Counted from the first letter of the stretch, positions 35,045 to 43,398 are shown. The stretch: 43,692 nucleotides of DNA from an uncultured Treponemataceae bacterium (GCA_964369585.1 CAYJHL010000001.1:1-43692); one strand, 5' to 3'. Numbers and translations are program-made. Notes: generated by a model not told the origin, from the letters alone.

Positions 35045-36427
35045 CTATTTGCCCACACAAAATCGTGAAAAAATGCTCTGCAAAATATCATCAGGGCTTA
35101 CTTCTCCTGTAACTTCACCTAGATGAAAAAGAGCTTCTTCTAAATCTTGGGAAACAGCATCAAGAGGCAAGCCTTGTTGTGTTGCCGTGATTGTTTGATT
35201 TAATGCTTCCAATGCATCATCTACAGCTATTTTTTGGCGCTGAGAACCTAGTCCAGCCTGATTTCTTTCTGTTTTATTTTTCCCAAGAAGAATGCTCTGT
35301 ATTGTTTCAACGAGTTCAGAAATTCCTAACGCTTTTTTTGAGCTAATACATACTTGTGTAAATGTGTTTTGTGAAAGAATTTGTTCTTGTGTGGTTTTAT
35401 CGATTTTATCTGTTTTATTCCAAACAACTATTACAGGTGCTGAGTATGACTGTATTGTTTCTAACTCTTCTTTTTGCAAATTTTGTGTACTATCAACAAG
35501 GTATAAAACAAGGTCTGCTTCTTGTGCTAACTCATGTGAACGCTCAACTCCGGCTTGCTCAATTACATCATCAGTAATACGAAGGCCTGCTGTATCAAAA
35601 AGGCGTGTTGGTATTCCACCAAGAGAAATCCAACTTTCAATCCAATCCCGGGTTGTTCCATGTATGTCTGAAACAATTGCACGTTCTTCTTTTAATAAAA
35701 CATTAAAAAGACTTGATTTTCCTGCATTTGTTTTTCCAGAAAGAACTATACGAACACCTTCTTGATATAGTTTTTCACTTTTCCAACTTTGAGCTATTTG
35801 TAAAAGTTGGGTTTGGGCTTGTAATAATTTTTCTGGGTTATAAGCGTTTGCTATAGCATTTTCATCTTCAGGGTACTCAACTTCTGCTTCTATATCAGCT
35901 AACGTTTCTACCAAAAGCTTTTTTACCTCATCAATTTCGGTGTAGAGATTTCCGGCTAATCTTCCAGCTGCCCTACCCCTACTTTCATCGGTTTTAGAAT
36001 CAATTATTTCGTGTATAGCCTCTGCTTGCGTTAAGTCAATTTTTCGATTAATAAAGGATCGAAATGTAAATTCACCTGGCTCTGCAAGCCTAAATCCTAC
36101 TTTTTGTAATACGTTTAATATTGCGAAAACAGTAATTGTTCCCCCGTGACAGAATATTTCTGCCATCTCTTCTCCCGTAAAGCTTTTTGGTGCTCTATAG
36201 ACTCCTACCATAACTTCATCTATTTTCCTGTGCTCAGTTGTTTTGTCTTCTATCCAACCATACACTAAAGTGTTTCCTTTTGCTTCCAAAAGATATTTAG
36301 GACGCGAAAAAGCCTCAGAAAGAAGAGAAATACTACTTGATCCTGAAACTCTTACAATTGCTAATGCAGAGGGAGCGAGCGCTGTTGCGATAGCTACTAT
36401 TGGTTCTTCTGGTGTATACTTACTCAT
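35045..36427 (-). CDS. mnmE: tRNA modification GTPase MnmE (TrmE)
   Basis: Has IVAIATA near the N-terminus, GKTNAGKSSLFN (G1), DTAGLR (G3), NKTD (G4) and the C-terminal CVGK motif. ATG 36427 overlaps the upstream stop by 8 nt (ATGAGTAA). Confidence 0.92.
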   Translation of the reverse strand: MSKYTPEEPIVAIATALAPSALAIVRVSGSSSISLLSEAFSRPKYLLEAKGNTLVYGWIEDKTTEHRKIDEVMVGVYRAPKSFTGEEMAEIFCHGGTITVFAILNVLQKVGFRLAEPGEFTFRSFINRKIDLTQAEAIHEIIDSKTDESRGRAAGRLAGNLYTEIDEVKKLLVETLADIEAEVEYPEDENAIANAYNPEKLLQAQTQLLQIAQSWKSEKLYQEGVRIVLSGKTNAGKSSLFNVLLKEERAIVSDIHGTTRDWIESWISLGGIPTRLFDTAGLRITDDVIEQAGVERSHELAQEADLVLYLVDSTQNLQKEELETIQSYSAPVIVVWNKTDKIDKTTQEQILSQNTFTQVCISSKKALGISELVETIQSILLGKNKTERNQAGLGSQRQKIAVDDALEALNQTITATQQGLPLDAVSQDLEEALFHLGEVTGEVSPDDILQSIFSRFCVGK

Positions 36428-37361
36428 TTGTGGTTTTACTCCTGCTTTTAGCAATTTTTAAATAGATAAAAAATTTAGGTAGTAGAAAACTAGCTGAAAA
36501 ACCAACTAAAAAATAACGAAGAAATCTAAAAAGCTGATAATTGTTTTCACCTTCAGAAGGAAAGAAAAATTTTAGGCCGCCATAGATAAAGCCTAGGACA
36601 AGTAATCCAAGAATAATGCGTAGTGATTTTTGTATTAGGGTTCCTTCTTTTGCATTATAGCCGTTTTTATCAATAAGGTATATGTAGCCAATTCCGAGGC
36701 CAAAAAAGGCAGCTGCCATAGATGTATCATTAGGACCTAACCAGTTTAAGATAATGGAAAGAATACCTATGCTTAGAATCTTAAAAGACCGAGGTAGGCT
36801 TTTAAGTTTTGTTTCAATTAGGGGAACAAATAGAATAGCTCCCATGGAAAGTAAAAATCCTATTGTTAGTCCTAAAAGCACATCGGAAGGATAGTGAACA
36901 CCTAAATAAATTCTTGAAAAACCAATTACCAAAGGTAAAGCAATAGATAACAGGCATTTAAGAAGGAGCTCTTTTCGGCTATTGCTTTTTGGTACAAAAA
37001 GGGATAGGGTATACGGCCAAAATGCTGCTGAGTTTTGGGAATGTCCTGATGGAGTTGAAAAACCATGCTCAGGGATTAATCCTACTGTGGGGTCTTGTAC
37101 ATAAGGACGCGGTACTTTCAAAAAATCTTTTATGCTTGTATTGAGAGAGGCTGAAAAAAGTATAAAAAGCCCCGCCTTAAAAGTCTTTTTTTCATCAACA
37201 CACCAAAAAAAGACAGGAAGAAAACCGAGGTATGCAAGAGGATCTGATAAAAAACTTATAAAAATCATTAGATAGGTTAAAAACACACTTTTAACTTCTT
37301 GCACGTCATGAATTACTTGTAATCCCCACTCATACACAGATGAATCAAAAATTGCAATCAT
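36420..37361 (-). CDS. PAP2-family phosphatase (membrane, undecaprenyl-diphosphatase/lipid phosphatase-like)
   Basis: All three PAP2 motifs are present: KDFLKVPRP (KX6RP), PSGHS, and SRIYLGVHYPSD (SRX5HX3D). AGGAG (revcomp at 37368-37372) precedes the ATG. Confidence 0.88.
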   Translation of the reverse strand: MIAIFDSSVYEWGLQVIHDVQEVKSVFLTYLMIFISFLSDPLAYLGFLPVFFWCVDEKKTFKAGLFILFSASLNTSIKDFLKVPRPYVQDPTVGLIPEHGFSTPSGHSQNSAAFWPYTLSLFVPKSNSRKELLLKCLLSIALPLVIGFSRIYLGVHYPSDVLLGLTIGFLLSMGAILFVPLIETKLKSLPRSFKILSIGILSIILNWLGPNDTSMAAAFFGLGIGYIYLIDKNGYNAKEGTLIQKSLRIILGLLVLGFIYGGLKFFFPSEGENNYQLFRFLRYFLVGFSASFLLPKFFIYLKIAKSRSKTTNE

Positions 37362-37370
37362 AATTAGCTC

Positions 37371-39545
37371 CTAATATTTTTTATCAGAAAAAACAGGAAT
37401 CGCATCAACTTCTTCTCTTTCTGCTTTTTCCCAAGGGTATGGAGTGTTTTGTTCTGCATCTCCAATGTGTGGTCTTACTTCATCATAGCGACCAACATTG
37501 TTCCAGTACATGTATCCTGAGTCTGTTGCATCTCTAACACCAAAGACTTGTCGCTGAACGTAATTACTGCTGTAGTACTGTTCATCAAAAGAATTATGTT
37601 TTAAGAAAAAAGATTGAAGCCAAGGGCGAATAATTACTTGATTGCGCGCAATTACAGCATTTCTATAAGTTCCATAAAAGTAGATTCGGTATGGACGCTC
37701 TATTATTGGAGTGTAGGCTAAAAAAATTGATTCAAAATGGCTTGGGTATGACATTGGGCTTATAACATCTACATAAGGAGCTATTAATTCAACGTCTTGG
37801 CCTGTTCGAGACCCGCTTCTATACCAGCCATTTACACCGTAAATATCTATTCCAATAGGAACATCTATATTGTTTCGTGCATAAGAAAGAAATGACAAAA
37901 GGGCACTTTCTTTATCCATTCCAGCGTCTTGCCATCGATATTCTGCATCATATAGGTTTTTTCCATCCGTGGGGAAACGTATATAATCGAATTGTATTTC
38001 GTCAAAACCAAGTGAGATTAGTTCTTTTGCGATTGCTACATTGTATTCCCATACCTCATGAGAGTATGGGTCGACCCAGTGCTCATCATAGTATGTTGCA
38101 GTGTTGTCTTCTGCATACTCTCGAACTCCGAGCCAAGAGTAATTTGTTTTATTATCCCATACAGCATACTCACGGTTATTATATTTATAGAGATTTGCAT
38201 CTTTAAATACAACTATTCGAGCAATGAGATATATATTTTTTTCTTTAAATGTTTTGACAAATTCATCTATATTCAATGCAAACCTACTGATATGCGCCTT
38301 TTCTGCTATGAGAGGATCTTTTGTTTGATATCGTAAGACACCCTTATCATCTTTCATATCAATAACAATACTGTTTAAGTTGTTGCTTTCTACAATGGAT
38401 ACAAATTTATTAATCCCAGCAGTATCTGCAACTTGTCCGGAGGGAACATAAATACTCCTCTTATCTGAGGCTGTAGAGATATGCTCACCTTCTGGTAAAG
38501 CAGGGCGAGTTAGCCATAACTCGCTTAATGAAAGAGCTGATTGTAGCCCTGTCTGAGAGGGAGGAAACCATCCGCAATGAGGCACTTGCTTTAATGATGA
38601 TAACATAGTAGTTATTTTTAATGATACACTTGGTTTTTTTATAAGTGCTTGTGTTGTTTTGGAATAAAACTGTACTCCATCCAAACTCACAAAGGCAATT
38701 TCTTGTCCAAGTGAAGCTAAGCTATCCCATGTGTTTACAGGTTGGTCTTGTGTCGCGATGCGCACTACACTTCTGTTAGGCCAATCAAGTTTATATAAAT
38801 TTGGTAAAAAGCTTTGAGAAAAATAAACTTCAGTAGATAAGTTGCCATCAGTATTTTTTTCTTGCACTACTAAAATATCAGCCACTTCATCAGGATTATC
38901 TAAGGTTGGCATTTTTTCAAATCCAGTAGGTATATCTATCCAAGTTGGATTTGGGCTTTCTGGGTGTTTATAGGCAACTCCATAAATTGGGTGGGATAAA
39001 AATACTGTTAAAGTGTCTTTGCCCTCTTGGGTTGGCAGCATTGCAACAGCAACAGCTTTTGCACCTGTAGTGCGCGCACTGTAACCAATAGAGGTCCAAC
39101 TTAAGCCACCGTTTCTGCTAATAAAGGCTTCTTCTTTTGTTGTTGTTACAAGAGTTCTTGAATCCCCCGGAAGGATTTCTAAATCTTTTAAAGGGTGGAC
39201 TTGCTGTATAAAAGAGGTTTCATTGCCATCATAATCTTTTATGGTACTAAAGGGAAGGCCATTATTTCTAGGTTCAAAATGCTTTAAGTCGGCACTAAAG
39301 TAAATACCCTTTGATGTTAAGAAAAACCAACCTTCTGCATATATAATTTTGTTTACCGAACCTTCTGTCCATAAGGGTGAAAGTCTATTAGACGATAAAC
39401 TATAAAGTCCTATTTCATTTCCTATTAAAGTCTGAGAGTAAGGTGCTGCAGGGGCTGGAGAAGTTGAAACTCTCTGGGCAAAAAGAGGAAACACTGAAAA
39501 AAACATCAATGTACATAGCAAAAAAATAAAAGTAATATGTTTCAT
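37371..39545 (-). CDS. secreted protein: N-terminal Asp-box/beta-propeller-like region plus C-terminal putative glycoside-hydrolase TIM-barrel (DUF4015/GHL-like)
   Basis: Signal peptide MKHITFIFLLCTLMFFSVFPLFAQ. One Asp-box-like SRNGGLSWT. The C-terminal NSIVIDMKDDKGVLRY...FDEIQFDYIRFP resembles the DUF4015 family. The TTG start in the ORF track is rejected in favour of ATG 39545. Confidence 0.6.
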   Translation of the reverse strand: MKHITFIFLLCTLMFFSVFPLFAQRVSTSPAPAAPYSQTLIGNEIGLYSLSSNRLSPLWTEGSVNKIIYAEGWFFLTSKGIYFSADLKHFEPRNNGLPFSTIKDYDGNETSFIQQVHPLKDLEILPGDSRTLVTTTKEEAFISRNGGLSWTSIGYSARTTGAKAVAVAMLPTQEGKDTLTVFLSHPIYGVAYKHPESPNPTWIDIPTGFEKMPTLDNPDEVADILVVQEKNTDGNLSTEVYFSQSFLPNLYKLDWPNRSVVRIATQDQPVNTWDSLASLGQEIAFVSLDGVQFYSKTTQALIKKPSVSLKITTMLSSLKQVPHCGWFPPSQTGLQSALSLSELWLTRPALPEGEHISTASDKRSIYVPSGQVADTAGINKFVSIVESNNLNSIVIDMKDDKGVLRYQTKDPLIAEKAHISRFALNIDEFVKTFKEKNIYLIARIVVFKDANLYKYNNREYAVWDNKTNYSWLGVREYAEDNTATYYDEHWVDPYSHEVWEYNVAIAKELISLGFDEIQFDYIRFPTDGKNLYDAEYRWQDAGMDKESALLSFLSYARNNIDVPIGIDIYGVNGWYRSGSRTGQDVELIAPYVDVISPMSYPSHFESIFLAYTPIIERPYRIYFYGTYRNAVIARNQVIIRPWLQSFFLKHNSFDEQYYSSNYVQRQVFGVRDATDSGYMYWNNVGRYDEVRPHIGDAEQNTPYPWEKAEREEVDAIPVFSDKKY

Positions 39546-39554
39546 AATCAAACC

Positions 39555-39563
39555 ATAATATCA
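39555..39563 (-). promoter_or_regulatory. extended -10 TGATATTAT (minus strand) 9 nt upstream of ATG 39545
   Basis: The minus strand reads TGATATTAT, then GGTTTGATT, then ATG. No SD is present. The implied 5'UTR is 3 nt or less. Confidence 0.45.
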
Positions 39564-39593
39564 TAAAAATGCCTTGCGTGGAAGAGGGGAACA

Positions 39594-39602
39594 TGATATA
39601 CT
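39594..39602 (+). promoter_or_regulatory. extended -10 TGATATACT, probable pfkA promoter (leader of about 80 nt)
   Basis: Same 9-mer as at 1355-1363. The downstream gene has a normal SD (GAGGA at 39680-39684) 5 nt before ATG 39690. Confidence 0.5.
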
Positions 39603-39689
39603 TTAAAATAAGCTAGATTATCATTGAGTCATTACAAAAAGAGTGTAAGAATCATTGTGGTATTAAACATTGAAAATTTGAGGAACAGT

Positions 39690-40775
39690 ATGAAAAATTC
39701 AGTTGTTAAAAAATTTGGAATTTTAACCTCTGGGGGAGACGCTCCTGGTTTGAATGCCGCTATTCGAGGGGTAGCTAGAACAGCTATTGATGAATATGGA
39801 ATGAGAGTCATAGGAATCGAAAATGGTTTTCGAGGTCTTATACATGCACAATATCGAGAATTACGTTCAAAGGATTTTTCAGGAATACTTACAGTGGGGG
39901 GCACAATATTAGGAACCTCACGCGAGAAACCATTTAAAAAACCTACAGTAAACCCAACAACAGGGCTAACTCCAGTAGAAAGCATTGTAAAAAATTATAA
40001 AGAGATGGAGCTAGATGCTCTTGTTGTTTTAGGTGGGAATGGTACAAATACAACAGGAAAATTACTTCAAGAAGAAGGTCTTAATGTCATTGGCCTCCCA
40101 AAAACTATAGATAATGATTTAACAGAAACCGATGTAACATTTGGTTTTCATACCGCTGTTGATGTGGCAACAGAAGCTATAGACCGTCTTCACTCAACTG
40201 CACATAGTCATAATAGAATAATGATTATTGAAGTAATGGGTCATAAAGCAGGATGGCTAGGTTTATATGCAGGTGTTGCGGGAGGAGGAGATGTAATTCT
40301 TATTCCTGAAATTCCATATAGTATTGATTCAATAGCTGGGCACTTAAAAAAGCGAAAAGAGCAAGGGAAAAACTTCTCAATTGTCGTTGTAGCAGAAGGG
40401 GCTTTAAGTAAAAAAGAGTCCTTAATGGACAAAAAAGAATTTAAGAAAAGTCGAAAAGAAATGACTCAATCAATTGGCTATCGAGTTGCAGAAGAGCTTG
40501 GAGAGGCTACAGGCCTTGAGCCCAGAGTTACAGTCTTGGGCTATACACAACGCGGAGGAACTCCCTCTTCTTATGATAGAGTTCTTGCTTCACAGTTCGG
40601 AGTAGAAGCTGCACATATGTTGGCACGCGGAGACTTTGGACGTATGGTTGTAATGAAAAATGGTATTATGCAAAGTGTTCCTCTTGAAGATGTGGCAGGA
40701 AAAATAAAAAGAGTGTCGCTTGATAACGCTGTTTTGTTAGCAGGCAAGGCAGCTGGAACGTGCTTTGGTGAATAA
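39690..40775 (+). CDS. pfkA: 6-phosphofructokinase (PfkA family; phosphoryl donor not assignable from motifs)
   Basis: Has FGILTSGGDAPGLNAAIRG, VLGGNGT, GLPKTIDNDL, MGHKAGW and LGYTQRGG. The ORF-track TTG start at 39624 is rejected. Confidence 0.9.
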   Translation: MKNSVVKKFGILTSGGDAPGLNAAIRGVARTAIDEYGMRVIGIENGFRGLIHAQYRELRSKDFSGILTVGGTILGTSREKPFKKPTVNPTTGLTPVESIVKNYKEMELDALVVLGGNGTNTTGKLLQEEGLNVIGLPKTIDNDLTETDVTFGFHTAVDVATEAIDRLHSTAHSHNRIMIIEVMGHKAGWLGLYAGVAGGGDVILIPEIPYSIDSIAGHLKKRKEQGKNFSIVVVAEGALSKKESLMDKKEFKKSRKEMTQSIGYRVAEELGEATGLEPRVTVLGYTQRGGTPSSYDRVLASQFGVEAAHMLARGDFGRMVVMKNGIMQSVPLEDVAGKIKRVSLDNAVLLAGKAAGTCFGE

Positions 40776-40787
40776 ATGTCTTTATTC

Positions 40788-40815
40788 TAAAGACAAAAAA
40801 ATATAATTCCGATAA
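40788..40815 (+). promoter_or_regulatory. sigma28-like element TAAAGACA-N12-TCCGATAA (overlaps a possible sigma70 -10, TATAAT at 40802-40807)
   Basis: The -10 half matches GCCGATAA at 7/8 and the -35 half keeps TAAAG. The spacer is 1 nt longer than consensus. The element ends 7 nt before ATG 40823, which has no SD. Confidence 0.35.
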
Positions 40816-40822
40816 TAATAAG

Positions 40823-41707
40823 ATGAGTATACATAGTTCAAAGTGCCATTTTTGTCCTGTTTGTGATGGGAATGGTTGTATAGGAGAACTTCCTGGAATG
40901 GGAGGTTTTTCTGATAATGTTAATTTTATCTTAAATTGTTCAGCTTGGAAGGATCTACCCTTTTTGACACAATCTGTTGATAACAATTTTCTTGCAAAAA
41001 TACGGCTTGGACCGATGACAGGAGCTGTAGAAAATGTAGGGTATGAAACAGAAGAATCTTTTTATTTTGATATTATAGAGGCCGTGCTAGAAGCAGGAGG
41101 CCTACTTAGTATTGGAGATGGTTGTCCAGATATTAAGCTTCTTACTGGAATAGAAGCTGTAAAAAAGCAACAAGAAAAAAATAAAGATGTGAAAGCAGCT
41201 GTATTTATCAAGCCTTATCCTAATAATCGAATTTTCGAGCGTATTGACTGGTCTGAGTCTGTTGCAGAAAGTGTAGGAATTGATATAGATTCGTACAACA
41301 TTGCAACAATGAGAAATCTTGTGAACCTTGAAAAGAAAACAGCTACGCAATTGAAAGATATAAAAAAAAGACTAAACGTTCCCTTTTCAATAAAAGGTAT
41401 TTTTAATTCTGAAGAAATAGAGATGATAGCGGAAGTAAAACCCGATATTGTAATTATTTCAAATCATGGAGGCAGGGTAGAAAATCGAATAGGAAGCACG
41501 GCAGATTTTTTAGCTACACATGGAAAAGAGATACAAAAGCATTGTGGAGAAATTTGGGTCGATGGAGGGATACGTACCCTACAAGATATAAAAATTGCAA
41601 GTTCCTATGGTGTAAAAGAAGTTATGGTTGGAAGACCTTTTGCCTCCGCTCTTTGCGAGAAAGGAAAGCAAGGTGTTATTGACCTTATAAAATATATGTC
41701 AAATTAG
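40823..41707 (+). CDS. FMN-dependent alpha-hydroxy-acid dehydrogenase/oxidase-family TIM-barrel protein with Cys-rich N-terminus
   Basis: Has IISNHGGR and VDGGIRTLQDIKIASSYGVKEVMVGRPF, typical of the FMN-dependent dehydrogenase family. The N-terminus has CHFCPVCDGNGC. Confidence 0.7.
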   Translation: MSIHSSKCHFCPVCDGNGCIGELPGMGGFSDNVNFILNCSAWKDLPFLTQSVDNNFLAKIRLGPMTGAVENVGYETEESFYFDIIEAVLEAGGLLSIGDGCPDIKLLTGIEAVKKQQEKNKDVKAAVFIKPYPNNRIFERIDWSESVAESVGIDIDSYNIATMRNLVNLEKKTATQLKDIKKRLNVPFSIKGIFNSEEIEMIAEVKPDIVIISNHGGRVENRIGSTADFLATHGKEIQKHCGEIWVDGGIRTLQDIKIASSYGVKEVMVGRPFASALCEKGKQGVIDLIKYMSN

Positions 41708-41716
41708 TATCGAAAT

Positions 41717-41759
41717 AAAACAAAGGCCTTTTTTGAGCTTCAAAAAAGGCCTTTGTTTT
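41717..41759. terminator. bidirectional rho-independent terminator (20-bp perfect stem)
   Basis: AAAACAAAGGCCTTTTTTGA (41717-41736) pairs with TCAAAAAAGGCCTTTGTTTT (41740-41759) around a 3-nt loop. A/T runs lie on both sides, between convergent genes. Confidence 0.8.
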
Positions 41760-41772
41760 TATATCAGGTATC

Positions 41773-43398
41773 CTATATATCAATATTTTGTAGAGCTATG
41801 TTTACAGAATTAGATACTTTAACATTTTCATCTGATGTTGACTTAATGGTATCCAAACTGCCTTGGATATTTGTAATTTGGCCATTTGCAGAAAGCATTT
41901 CGCTTTTAAGTGTTTTTGCAAAACCAGATAAATCGTCCATAATTTCTCTTTGTTGAACAATTTTTCCTGAAACATCATCAACAAGTTCACCATTTTGTCT
42001 AGAGGAATCAACAATAACTTGCATTGAATTCATAACCCCTCTTGTCCCAATATCCATTTCTGCAATCCCCATAAGGATTCCATCTAAGGCTGAAATTGTA
42101 TTTTGTAGTTCTTCTGTACTTTGCTCTGATTGAGAAGCGAACGAAATAACTGCATTAGCAGCAGCTTCAACTGTTTGTTCATTTCCTTTAAGAACATCTC
42201 CAATATATGCAGCATTTTTTGCAGTTTCTTCTGACAACTTTCTGATTTCTTGTGCAATAACAGCAAACCCTTTTCCCGCAGTTCCGGCATGAGCAGCTTC
42301 AATTGATGCATTCATAGCGAGAAGCCCTGTTTGATTTGCAATATCTTCTACCGTGTGAATAAAGTCACCAATACTTGCTGAAGATTCTTTTACTTTTTGA
42401 ACCTCTAAAAGAGCTTGTTGTACAAGAACTTTTTGATTTTTTATCGATTCTAAAAGTGTTTTCATGTTTTCGCTGCGTTGCGTAGCAATTTGGTTTACGC
42501 TTGAAAGGTTTGTTGAAATTTCAGTAAGTGCAACAGAACTTTCTGTAATAGACGCATTCTGTGACTTTGTACCTTCTTGCATAACAGTCGCATTCTTTTC
42601 GATAGTTAAAAATAAGTCCATTACGGTAGAAATGCTGTTCGTTAACTGTGTAGCAGAAGATTGCAACGTTGAAAAAACAGATGCCATTTTTCGCAAATCT
42701 AATGCTGCTGTAGTTGCTTCTTCAGAAAGAACATTACCTACTTCTAATCCCTGCTTACTGTCAGTTAAGACATTTGTTACTTTTTCAAAGGCATTTTCAA
42801 CTTTTTTCTTTTCTCCTTCTGCATAGGCTGTAAGAGAATTCATCATCATATAAAGTGAAGCTAAAACAAGCATAGTTCCTACAATACATACAAGGCTAAT
42901 GCCTACACATGCAATAAAGACATCTATTTGATCTACTGGCATTTCTTTATATGAAAGAATTGCTTTTGATACAAACATTGCCATTGACCAAACAGCAAAA
43001 GTTAAAAGTTCTTTTAATGAAGATGTAAGTAAAAACTTTCCTACAAAAAGAAACAATGTAAAAGCTAAAATTCTATATAACCCATATGGGTTCGGACCAA
43101 AAAGAAGGAAATAAACTACTATTGATTCTGCAATGAGTAGTGCTATGGTAGAAATAGATGTTCCTGATTTTATTTTACCAACTTTGAATTTCTTAAAAGC
43201 AAGAATAAAGAAAATAAAGCCTGAACCCATCAACGCGGCTCCAATAGGGCTCCCTACAAAAAACAATGCTGCTGCTATAAAAACAAAGATGATAGTCATT
43301 ATCAATGACATCAAGATAAAGAAAGGAAGTTTTATTCTTTCTTGCGGTGTTAAGTCTTCTGTGACTAAATCTAAACTCAATAGACCTTTATTTTTCAT
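41773..43398 (-). CDS. methyl-accepting chemotaxis protein with multi-TM N-terminal module
   Basis: Has the highly conserved signalling hairpin LLAMNASIEAAHAGTAGKGFAVIAQEIRKLSEETA. The N-terminal 190 aa or so contain about 6 hydrophobic segments. The start is set at ATG 43398 (GGAG 6 nt upstream) rather than 43413. Confidence 0.85.
   Translation of the reverse strand: MKNKGLLSLDLVTEDLTPQERIKLPFFILMSLIMTIIFVFIAAALFFVGSPIGAALMGSGFIFFILAFKKFKVGKIKSGTSISTIALLIAESIVVYFLLFGPNPYGLYRILAFTLFLFVGKFLLTSSLKELLTFAVWSMAMFVSKAILSYKEMPVDQIDVFIACVGISLVCIVGTMLVLASLYMMMNSLTAYAEGEKKKVENAFEKVTNVLTDSKQGLEVGNVLSEEATTAALDLRKMASVFSTLQSSATQLTNSISTVMDLFLTIEKNATVMQEGTKSQNASITESSVALTEISTNLSSVNQIATQRSENMKTLLESIKNQKVLVQQALLEVQKVKESSASIGDFIHTVEDIANQTGLLAMNASIEAAHAGTAGKGFAVIAQEIRKLSEETAKNAAYIGDVLKGNEQTVEAAANAVISFASQSEQSTEELQNTISALDGILMGIAEMDIGTRGVMNSMQVIVDSSRQNGELVDDVSGKIVQQREIMDDLSGFAKTLKSEMLSANGQITNIQGSLDTIKSTSDENVKVSNSVNIALQNIDI

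Noticed and set aside
40777-40795. Hairpin TGTCTTTA-TTC-TAAAGACA just after the pfkA stop, as a pfkA terminator.
   Set aside because: On the plus strand it is followed by an A run, not a T run, so it is not a canonical intrinsic terminator. It is reported only as context for the sigma28-like element.
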